Positions 9,815 to 17,619 of a DNA stretch of 43,939 nt are shown one piece after another. This DNA is from Candidatus Anoxychlamydiales bacterium (GTDB lineage: Bacteria; Chlamydiota; Chlamydiia; Chlamydiales; SM23-39): NCBI GenBank assembly GCA_011065175.1, contig JAAKFE010000003.1, forward strand, positions 1 through 43,939. Direction: 5' to 3'. The first letter of the stretch is position 1, and every line of letters starts with the position of its first letter. Below the pieces are notes generated by a model. The model was not told the DNA's origin and searched no databases. It was given only the letters and a program-made list of their open reading frames with translations. The position numbers were made by a program, and so were the translations under genes.

Positions 9815-11179
9815 ATGAATATTCCATTTTTTTTAGCAATTACAGCTCTATTGGGGAGCATATATATTTGGATAGGAAAGCGTTCTTCCAAAAACGTTCA
9901 GACAAATGATGATTATTTTTTAATGGGTAGAAAGCTTGGTTTTTTTCAACTGAGCTTGACCCTTTTAGCTACTCAGCTTGGAGGAGGATCTCTGTTAGGT
10001 GCAGCTCAAGAAGCTTATCAAAAAGGCTGGATTGTCCTCTTTTATCCTCTAGGAGCATGTCTTGGCCTTTTTGCTCTTGGCATGGGTTTTGGAGGGAAAT
10101 TACGAAAATTAAATATTTCTACAATAGCAGAAATTTTTGAAAAAATTTATAGATCTCGTCGTCAAAGGTTGATAGCTTCCGGATTATCAATTCTTGCATT
10201 GTTTTTTATTTTGGTAGCTCAAGGGATTGCTGCTAAAAATTTTTTTATAGCTATGAATTTCCAATCCCCAATTATATTTATTCTTTTCTGGGCCATTCTC
10301 ATAGCATACACTGTCATGGGGGGATTAAAAGCCGTTGTAAATACTGATATATTGCAGGCTTTGTTTATTCTTGTCACATTAGGTTTTGCATTTTTTTCTA
10401 TCAATTTTTCTAACATAGCAATATCTAAACATCAAGTATCCCCAAATTTGGGAATTTCAACAGTCCCATGGATATCTTGGTTTTTCATGCCGTTTCTTTT
10501 CATGCTCATTGAACAGGACATGGGACAAAGATGTTTTGCAGCAAAGAAGCCAAAAATAATTTCCATCTCAGCGGTAGTTGCCGGAATTCTTCTTTTAGTT
10601 AGTTCTAGCGTTGCTATTTATTTTGGTGTACTCGCAAAAAAATTAGGTATTCAAGCTTTGGGTAATGCAAGTATTCTAATTGAATCAGTCAAAGCTCTAA
10701 CTAATCCGGTTGTTACAACTTTATTTATGGGGGCTATCTTTATGGCTGTAATATCAACAGCAGATTCTATTCTTTGTTCGATAGGTTCAAATCTATCATA
10801 TGATTTTCTAGTTTCTAAAAAAATCTCAGCAAAAAAACAAGTTTGGATATCCAGAATGCTAACCTTAATAACAGGTCTTGGATCTCTTGGTCTTGTCTAT
10901 GTTTTCGATAATGTAGTTACTATGTTGATGTTTGCTTATGAGCTTTCTGTTTGCATCCTATTTGTTCCAATTACTCTAGCTATGCTCTCAAAAAATCCAT
11001 CACGCCTTGGCGCTTATTTCTCAATGGCTTTGGGGGCGATAGGTTTTGGCGTTTTCCGATTTATCTCTTTGCCAATTCCTAAAGAAGTGATGACATTATC
11101 TCTAAGTTTTATTGGTTATATGATAGGGAGAAAAATCGATTTGCAAAGAACTTATGTTAAACAAATTCAGGAGGAATAA
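9815..11179 (+). CDS. Sodium:solute symporter (SSS) family permease
   Basis: DYFLMGR, GGLKAVVNTDILQ, QRCFAAK and AVISTADS motifs; about 13 TM helices. Confidence 0.9.
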   Translation: MNIPFFLAITALLGSIYIWIGKRSSKNVQTNDDYFLMGRKLGFFQLSLTLLATQLGGGSLLGAAQEAYQKGWIVLFYPLGACLGLFALGMGFGGKLRKLNISTIAEIFEKIYRSRRQRLIASGLSILALFFILVAQGIAAKNFFIAMNFQSPIIFILFWAILIAYTVMGGLKAVVNTDILQALFILVTLGFAFFSINFSNIAISKHQVSPNLGISTVPWISWFFMPFLFMLIEQDMGQRCFAAKKPKIISISAVVAGILLLVSSSVAIYFGVLAKKLGIQALGNASILIESVKALTNPVVTTLFMGAIFMAVISTADSILCSIGSNLSYDFLVSKKISAKKQVWISRMLTLITGLGSLGLVYVFDNVVTMLMFAYELSVCILFVPITLAMLSKNPSRLGAYFSMALGAIGFGVFRFISLPIPKEVMTLSLSFIGYMIGRKIDLQRTYVKQIQEE

Positions 11180-11181
11180 AT

Positions 11182-11901
11182 ATGCAAAATAGAAGAAAAA
11201 AAACAATTGGAATCATTGGTGGAGCTGGACCCATGGCAGGAGTCTTACTTATGCAAAAAATCATCACAATCTGTCAAAAAAAATATAAATGTATCAATGA
11301 TTTTGATTTTCCAAAAATAATTTTGTTGAGTTACCCGTTTGCTGAAATGCTTAAACCTCTTTCTTTTCAGCAAGATGAAAAAAAAGTGACTAAGCAACTA
11401 AAAGAAGCTCTAAAGTTTCTAAAGAATAGCGGTATGGATTACATCACAATTGCTTGCAATACTCTTCATGGCTTTATAAATGATACTTATCGAAATAAAC
11501 TGATCGGTTTAATTGCTGAAACAAAATCATTTTTATTGGAACAAAATCTATCTAAAGTTTTGGTTCTTTGTACTAAAACCTCAGGACTTAAAGGTCTTTT
11601 TTACAATTTTGCAAACACTAAGCTTCTATCACCGAAAGAGCTCCAATGGATAGAAGAGTTAATAAAAAAAGTATTAAGTGGAACCTTTTCTTTGCAAGAT
11701 CGTAAAAGCCTCGAAAATTTTATCTTATCAAGTATTAAAAAAGATCCAAGTATCAATGGAATCTTACTTGGTTGTACAGAATTATCTGTCCTGATGGACA
11801 ATTTTTCTAGAAACAATCCAAAGATAAAAATCATAGATCCTCTTGAGATTGTTTCAAATAAACTTTGTAAATTAGTTTTTAACAAACAAAGAGGAGAATA
11901 A
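11182..11901 (+). CDS. PLP-independent Asp/Glu-family amino acid racemase (RacX/YgeA-like)
   Basis: IGIIGGAGPMAG, IACNTLH and LLGCTELS; both catalytic Cys are present. Confidence 0.9.
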   Translation: MQNRRKKTIGIIGGAGPMAGVLLMQKIITICQKKYKCINDFDFPKIILLSYPFAEMLKPLSFQQDEKKVTKQLKEALKFLKNSGMDYITIACNTLHGFINDTYRNKLIGLIAETKSFLLEQNLSKVLVLCTKTSGLKGLFYNFANTKLLSPKELQWIEELIKKVLSGTFSLQDRKSLENFILSSIKKDPSINGILLGCTELSVLMDNFSRNNPKIKIIDPLEIVSNKLCKLVFNKQRGE

Positions 11902-11903
11902 TT

Positions 11904-12035
11904 ATGAATAAAATATCTAGATTTACAAAAGAAAAAATCACGATCACATTTTTGCCTTTTGAGAGGAAAGAAGAGGGTAAAAAATTCATTATACAAGATG
12001 ATAATTTAGAATTATTAACGAGGTTAAAAATATGA
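11904..12035 (+). CDS. Small hypothetical protein, 43 aa, inside the operon
   Basis: GAGGAG RBS; MNKISRFTKEKITITFLPFERKEEGKKFIIQDDNLELLTRLKI*; fills the gap and overlaps the next gene as ATGA. Confidence 0.6.
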   Translation: MNKISRFTKEKITITFLPFERKEEGKKFIIQDDNLELLTRLKI

Positions 12036-12688
12036 TATACTATATAGATTTAAAAGAGATTATTATAAAAGATTGTAAAGAAGAACTTCTTGATGTTTCT
12101 AAATATTTGCCAGAAGTTTCTCTTAGATATCAGCAATCTGATATGTATGCTTACACAAAAAACATTTTTTTTCTTCGTAAAAGTTGCATTCAAATGTTAA
12201 AAAAAGCATCTGAGTTTCTTAAAGAGGCGCTACCAAATGCCAAACTTTTAGTTGTCTATGCTTATCGTCACCCTGAAGTTCAACAAAAGTATTTTCGTAA
12301 GCAGTATGATTTAATGAAACAAAAATATAATTTTTTGGAAAAAGATGAGTTATTTGAAAAAGTTCACCAATTGATAGCTGTTCCTGAAGTTGCGGGACAC
12401 CCAACTGGAGGATCAATCGATTTGACTATTCAAGTTGAGGGTAAAACCCTTGATATGGGTACGAAAATAGCAGATTTTAATGATAGCGAAAAAATAAAGC
12501 CTTTTTCGAAAGACATGACAGATGTTCAACAAAAAAATCGATTACTACTTAGAACTATTATGGTACAAGCTGGATTTGCTCCCTTTGACGGAGAATGGTG
12601 GCATTTTTCCTATGGAGACAAAGAATGGGCATGTTATTATAAAAAGCCATACGCTATTTATGAACAAGTTTTTTTGATCAAAAAATGA
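12032..12688 (+). CDS. M15D-family D-Ala-D-Ala dipeptidase (VanX/DdpX-like)
   Basis: AYRHPEVQ, HPTGGSIDLT, LDMGT and EWWHFSYG zinc-peptidase motifs. Confidence 0.88.
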   Translation: MIYYIDLKEIIIKDCKEELLDVSKYLPEVSLRYQQSDMYAYTKNIFFLRKSCIQMLKKASEFLKEALPNAKLLVVYAYRHPEVQQKYFRKQYDLMKQKYNFLEKDELFEKVHQLIAVPEVAGHPTGGSIDLTIQVEGKTLDMGTKIADFNDSEKIKPFSKDMTDVQQKNRLLLRTIMVQAGFAPFDGEWWHFSYGDKEWACYYKKPYAIYEQVFLIKK

Positions 12689-12690
12689 TC

Positions 12691-12748
12691 AAAAAAGGAC
12701 ACAGTTTATTCCACAGTTAAAAAAGAGAACTTGTGCCGTGTCTTTTTT
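12691..12748 (+). terminator. Stem-loop ending the SSS operon
   Basis: aaaaaaggacac/gtgtctttttt outer stem with an inner cacagtt/aacttgtg pairing. Confidence 0.5.
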
Positions 12749-12749
12749 C

Positions 12750-12882
12750 GTCAGGTAAGTATTTAGAGAATGTATCAAAGAAAAAAATTAATGTATTTGT
12801 TTTGAAAATATACGTCCTTTTTTTGACAAATTAATTTTTTTGCTTTAAATATGAAGTATAAGGAAAAAATAAAGAGTCACTT
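12750..12882 (+). repeat. Direct repeat R2, copy a (orphan copy of the APC2 promoter/5' UTR)
   Basis: Diverged copy of 16054-16189, including ttttttgacaaattaatttttttgctttaaatat and aaataaagagtcactt; no ATG follows. Confidence 0.9.
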
Positions 12883-13123
12883 TTTTCCTGTAAGTATTCA
12901 AAATCGACTTCATAAGGAATAAATTTTTCAAATTCCAGATCTTTATTTTTCATCTTAAACAGAGGCGCGATCAAATTGGAAGCTATTTATTGTTAGATAT
13001 TATCCGGGACTGTTGAGATCTAAAAAAAAATTAATAAAAAATTTAGAAAAATAACTTCTCAAATCAAAATAAAAGATAGTAGAAATCATTTTTTTTTATT
13101 TTTTATGAAAATAATTTCAGATT

Positions 13124-13325
13124 TCAACAGTCCCTATATCTACCTGATAATTCTCGAATTCTTTTACTAGAACCTATATTTCCTATATATTTTCCTTTTG
13201 GTTTTACAATATCTAAAACATTTTTTACTTGAATATTTGGAGGAGGAAGAATCGCATTTGACCAATCTTTTTCTTTTGCTCGTTTTGCTTCATTAGTGTG
13301 ATGATCCGATTGGATTTGTAGCAAA
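13124..13325 (-). pseudogene. Orphan, truncated toxin-tip fragment paralogous to 14295..15872
   Basis: EAKRAKEKDWSNAILPPP..VLDIVKPKGKYIGN.G...RIR matches the 525-aa protein; nt 13237-13325 repeat 14630-14717. Confidence 0.85.
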
Positions 13326-13406
13326 AAGTGTTTTCTTGCGCTGAAATGTGTTAAAAAATTAGATCTAAGTCAGGTTAAGTCTTGTCTACTAAATCTTATT
13401 AGAAAT

Positions 13407-13706
13407 TTATTTTTGATCTTGATTACTTTGAATTAATAATTTTTTAGCCTTTTTAAATATCTGAATAAATTCTTCATAAGAAAAATCCCAATATTCTTTT
13501 CCTATCGGTGGATATAATTTTATTTCAATATTCTCAACTCCTTTATCTTGATTTAAAACCGCTAATACTTCTTGTTTATGAATAATTTTAAGATTTTCAT
13601 CATTAGATTCTAAAAAATTATTATTTTGGGGAATATAAACTATATTCACAACCATACCTTCATAATCTAAATCGCTGCTAACTTCTAAATTAAAATAATT
13701 TTTCAT
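13407..13706 (-). CDS. Hypothetical protein, putative orphan immunity protein
   Basis: GGAG RBS favours ATG 13706. Small protein (SDLDYEGMVV...LNQDKG...W.F..EEF...KKAK) co-oriented with the toxin locus. Confidence 0.6.
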   Translation of the reverse strand: MKNYFNLEVSSDLDYEGMVVNIVYIPQNNNFLESNDENLKIIHKQEVLAVLNQDKGVENIEIKLYPPIGKEYWDFSYEEFIQIFKKAKKLLIQSNQDQK

Positions 13707-13729
13707 ATTGAGACTCCACAAATCCTTTT

Positions 13730-13831
13730 AATATTTCTTAATTTTAATAATTTCAATAATTATTGTTTATATAATTCCTTTTTTAATCCATCGATTAAAA
13801 AAAGAATCTTGGAATGTTAAAAGCAAATAAA
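13730..13831 (+). repeat. Direct repeat R1, copy b (orphan APC1 3' end)
   Basis: Near-identical to 9196-9297. Confidence 0.93.
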
Positions 13832-13896
13832 CAATGAATTGACTTTTTTTGTGAAATTTCATTTTTATAAGATCTATGACAATCCATTATTTCAGA

Positions 13897-14295
13897 TTAA
13901 TTTTCATCCCTATAAAATGGATCATCTTCCAATTCTGGTAATTTATTTAGATATTCAAATTCTTTTTTTCCTTTTTCTGTTATATCAAACCAAACTATTT
14001 CATGAGGATACAATTCCCTGCCTAAATTATCCCATTTAATCTTTATTTCTTTGATTATTTCTATTATTTCTTTATCCCAAACTTTAAAAGTATTGTCTTT
14101 TTGTAAAAATCCTGCTTCAATTACCCCTTCTTCTAATAAATTTTTAACAATTTCTAAAGTAGTATTTTTTAATACTTCCAAATCTTCATAATGATAAAAT
14201 TCTTCCACAAAACTAAAAACAGAAAATAAAGGTGTCCAATCTTCTATACACCAAGCTAAAATATTTAATTTGGTTTTTTCATATCTTATATCCAT
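13897..14295 (-). CDS. Putative cognate immunity protein, 132 aa
   Basis: TAATG overlap with the upstream toxin-like gene; acidic; EDW.PL...LLEEG.IEAG...F..W...W...WF.ITEKG pattern. Confidence 0.65.
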   Translation of the reverse strand: MDIRYEKTKLNILAWCIEDWTPLFSVFSFVEEFYHYEDLEVLKNTTLEIVKNLLEEGVIEAGFLQKDNTFKVWDKEIIEIIKEIKIKWDNLGRELYPHEIVWFDITEKGKKEFEYLNKLPELEDDPFYRDEN

Positions 14296-15872
14296 TACTC
14301 CTCTAAAAATTTGATTTTAATATTATTTTTTAATCCCTCTAATTTAACATCTATTGTCGGTGGTCCTGATTTAGAAAAGGATCTATATGTGATATAAGTA
14401 TCATCGGATAATTTATATATTTTTGTCAGATTATCTTGATATATAACTTTGCCATTTTTTGTTAATTCATCAAATATTTGTACAGCCTCGTTTTGTCCTC
14501 CTTTAAAAAGTCTAATACGAGATTTGGTTCCTTTATTTCCGGTCCATTGTCCCTTAGGTTTTATGATATTTAAAACATCTTTTCTAGTTTGAATAGATGA
14601 TAAGGCTTTAGCATTTTTTAATATTCCGCTTGGAGGAGGGAGAATCGCATTTGACCAATCTTTTTCTTTAGCTTCTTTAGCTTCAGTAGTGTACTGATCC
14701 GATTGATTTGTAGCAAATACTTGATCAATTTTTTGATGTCCTTGAAAAACGGTTTCTTCATATCTTTCTACCATTGATTTTTCGGCATCACCACACAAAC
14801 TATTATTTTGCATATCATCTATAAATTGATCTGGAATGATTTTTTTAGAACAATCTCCAATTTCTTGCATTGTTCCTGGAATAGTTTTTACATAGTCTGA
14901 AACTTCATCTAAAACCTTATGTGAAAGTTGAGCTCCGCTTTCTCTTAAGATTTCTTTAGTTTTATCCCATAAATTTTGATCTGTTTCAGGTGAATTTAAA
15001 TGATTATTATCCTGCAGATCAGCTTTAAAGGAAGAAATATTTTCTTCTAAAACTTCTGTAAATAAATGTTTTTTATTTTCTATGATATGATCTGAAGATT
15101 CGTTATCTTCATTGTTAAAATGATTATTATTTTCTTTTTCAATTTCTACAGGAGTACTTTCTTTGGTCTCTGGTTGACTAGTTTCAAATTTGCTTGAAGC
15201 TACAGCGCCAGCAGCGCCCGCACCAGCAGCGCCTGCAGCTGCAGCAGCTGAGGCGGTCGCTACTACAGCTACAGTTATAACAGTAACAGCTGTTACAACA
15301 ACAGCGCCGATAATGATCTCTTTTTTGTGTTTTTTTACGAACTTTTTAGTATGTTTCCATTGTTTTTTAATCCAGCTTTTACAGAGAACAACATCATAGT
15401 GATCATTGCTATAGAAAACAGCCGGTACAATTATGTACTCATTATTAGAACTAAGAGGTGAAGCATATTCGAATGAATCCCTCTCTTCGCTTAGTAATTT
15501 TTCAATATCATTTTTTAGCTTTAGATCTTCATAAGAATTATCTATAAGAATTCCCTCTTTTGCTAAGATGGCAAGGAATTGATTCAATTTTTCTAGGTTG
15601 AGAGAGGAGTATTTTTTCTCAAGCTCTCCCGATTCTAATTCATCGAGAAGATTAATTATTTCATCATATGACAAAAGATAGTTTTCTAAGAGGTTATGCC
15701 AATCTTGCGTTTCTAAGTTGGCTTTCTGTAAATCAATAAGACTTTCAAATTTATTTAGAACTTCTGGAGAATGAGAATTATCGATTGTAGATGCCTGAAT
15801 TTGAGAATTAAAAATAAAAAATATAAAAGTTTGAAGAAGAAAGAGATTAAAAATGCATTTAATTTGTTTCAC
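14295..15872 (-). CDS. Putative secreted polymorphic toxin with C-terminal RNase-like tip
   Basis: Signal peptide (..SQIQA/S), Lys-rich helix plus TM plus Ala/Gly stretch, DWSNAILPPP junction, and a basic ~110-aa tip ending YRSFSKSGPPTIDV...KIKF. Confidence 0.65.
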   Translation of the reverse strand: MKQIKCIFNLFLLQTFIFFIFNSQIQASTIDNSHSPEVLNKFESLIDLQKANLETQDWHNLLENYLLSYDEIINLLDELESGELEKKYSSLNLEKLNQFLAILAKEGILIDNSYEDLKLKNDIEKLLSEERDSFEYASPLSSNNEYIIVPAVFYSNDHYDVVLCKSWIKKQWKHTKKFVKKHKKEIIIGAVVVTAVTVITVAVVATASAAAAAGAAGAGAAGAVASSKFETSQPETKESTPVEIEKENNNHFNNEDNESSDHIIENKKHLFTEVLEENISSFKADLQDNNHLNSPETDQNLWDKTKEILRESGAQLSHKVLDEVSDYVKTIPGTMQEIGDCSKKIIPDQFIDDMQNNSLCGDAEKSMVERYEETVFQGHQKIDQVFATNQSDQYTTEAKEAKEKDWSNAILPPPSGILKNAKALSSIQTRKDVLNIIKPKGQWTGNKGTKSRIRLFKGGQNEAVQIFDELTKNGKVIYQDNLTKIYKLSDDTYITYRSFSKSGPPTIDVKLEGLKNNIKIKFLEE

Positions 15873-16053
15873 AATAAACTCGTAATTAAAAAAAAATAAA
15901 TTGTTGCTAAAATAGATTAGGTGCAGAAAAAAATCAAGTGTTTAATGATAAAAACATTTCTAGGCATTGATTATTTAAGGCTAATTTTATCATATTTTAT
16001 AAAACACAAGTAAAAAAAATAAGTAAAGAAGAAGAAAGAAAAAAAGCACTTTA

Positions 16054-16189
16054 GTCAGATAAGCATTTAGAAAATGTATCAAAGAATTTTTTTTTAATGT
16101 GTTTATTTTGCAAATAAACATACTTTTTTTGACAAATTAATTTTTTTGCTTTAAATATAAGTTATAAAGAAAAAAATAAAGAGTCACTT
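16054..16189 (+). repeat. Direct repeat R2, copy b (native APC2-aspD promoter region)
   Basis: Matches 12750-12882; contains TTGACA at 16129-16134 and ends immediately before ATG 16190. Confidence 0.9.
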
Positions 16190-17608
16190 ATGAAAAAAGG
16201 AAAAACAATTAGTTTATTTTATCTAATTATGGTCTCTAGTGCTTTAGTTGTCAGCATTAGAAATTTACCAACAATTGCTGCTACTGGTATGCAGATGATT
16301 TTTTTTGGAATCGTTGCATCTTTAGTATTTTTTATTCCAGGAGCACTAGTTTCTGCAGAGCTTGCAACCGGCTGGCCCGAGATGGGAGGTATTGCTGTTT
16401 GGGTAAAAGAGGCTTTTGGTAAAAAATGGGGTTTAGTTGCTAGCTGGCTTCAGTGGACTTATATGATTATAAGTGTTATTGCAATGCTTTATTTCATTGC
16501 ATCTTCTTTAGCTTTTGTCTTTGATCCAAAACTTGCTAGTAACAGAACGTATTTAATGATTACCGAGCTTATTTTTATCTGGGTCTTTACTCTTCTCAAT
16601 TTAAAAGGACTGAAAATTTCTAAAATGGTATCTACTATAGGATTTTTAGCGGGAGTTGTAATTCCTGCAGTATTAATTATTACTTTAAGTATTATTTATC
16701 TTATACAAGGCAATCCTATCCAAATGGATATGTCACTCACAGCTAAAAATTTATTTCCAAATTTCAAGCAGATATCCACAATAGTTTTGCTCGTTGGTTT
16801 TATGAGAGCTTTTGCGGGTATTGAAGTATCTGCTGCACACGCCAATAATGTTGAAAACCCACAAAGGAATTATCCTATAGCACTATTTATAGTTGTTATT
16901 TTTGGGCTTGTTGTTAATATTTTGGGATCTATGTCTGTATCTATAGTGATTCCTGAAAAAGAACTTAGTTTATCAGCGGGAGTTATGGATGCTTTTAAAG
17001 TGTTTTTTAATAAATTCGGTTTTAATTTAACTATTTTATTACCAATTTTAGGGCTTTTAGTAGCTGCTGGCCAAACAGGAGGTTTTAGCGCTTGGTTGAT
17101 TAGTCCTGTTAAAGGTTTATTAAAAATTGGTTCAGAAGGAGAGCTTCCTCCATTTTTTCAAAAAGTTAATAAAAATGGTGTTCCAAAAAATTTGATGATT
17201 ACTCAGGCGATAGTGATTTCGATTATTGGAACATTCTTTTTAATTTTTGCAGGATCTATAAACATTGCTTTTTGGATATCAGTTGCTCTTTCAATGTTAA
17301 TATATGTAACGATGTATTTTTTAATGTTTCTATCGGCTCTCTATCTTAGATATAAAAAACCACATGTTAAAAGAAAATTCAAAGTGCCAGGTAAAAATAT
17401 CGGTATTTGGATTGTATGTATGCTTGGAATGATTGCAATGGTACTTTCTTTTATAATAGCATTTTTTCCGCCAATTGAATTTCCTCCGCAGCATAAAAAT
17501 ATGTATTATGCGATTTTAATTGTCGGTATAACTATTATTTTTGTACTACCATTTATAATAAATGCTTTTAAAAAACCTTCTTGGAAATTAAAACAGGTAA
17601 AAAAATAA
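16190..17608 (+). CDS. APC-family amino acid antiporter, GadC-like (APC2)
   Basis: Clear paralog of 7893..9296 (MGGIAVWVKEAFGKK, GFMRAFAGIE, FWISVALSM); 11 bp upstream of aspD. Confidence 0.88.
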   Translation: MKKGKTISLFYLIMVSSALVVSIRNLPTIAATGMQMIFFGIVASLVFFIPGALVSAELATGWPEMGGIAVWVKEAFGKKWGLVASWLQWTYMIISVIAMLYFIASSLAFVFDPKLASNRTYLMITELIFIWVFTLLNLKGLKISKMVSTIGFLAGVVIPAVLIITLSIIYLIQGNPIQMDMSLTAKNLFPNFKQISTIVLLVGFMRAFAGIEVSAAHANNVENPQRNYPIALFIVVIFGLVVNILGSMSVSIVIPEKELSLSAGVMDAFKVFFNKFGFNLTILLPILGLLVAAGQTGGFSAWLISPVKGLLKIGSEGELPPFFQKVNKNGVPKNLMITQAIVISIIGTFFLIFAGSINIAFWISVALSMLIYVTMYFLMFLSALYLRYKKPHVKRKFKVPGKNIGIWIVCMLGMIAMVLSFIIAFFPPIEFPPQHKNMYYAILIVGITIIFVLPFIINAFKKPSWKLKQVKK

Positions 17609-17619
17609 AAGGATAAAAA

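Noticed and set aside
12831-12953. 40-codon minus-strand ORF (MKNKDLEFEKFIPYEVDFEYLQEK...)
   Set aside because: No RBS or motif, and it runs into repeat R2a; it may be a gene stub but cannot be supported.
15190-15399. Ala/Thr-rich 69-aa ORF on the + strand
   Set aside because: Antisense shadow of the Ala/Val/Gly segment of the 525-aa gene.
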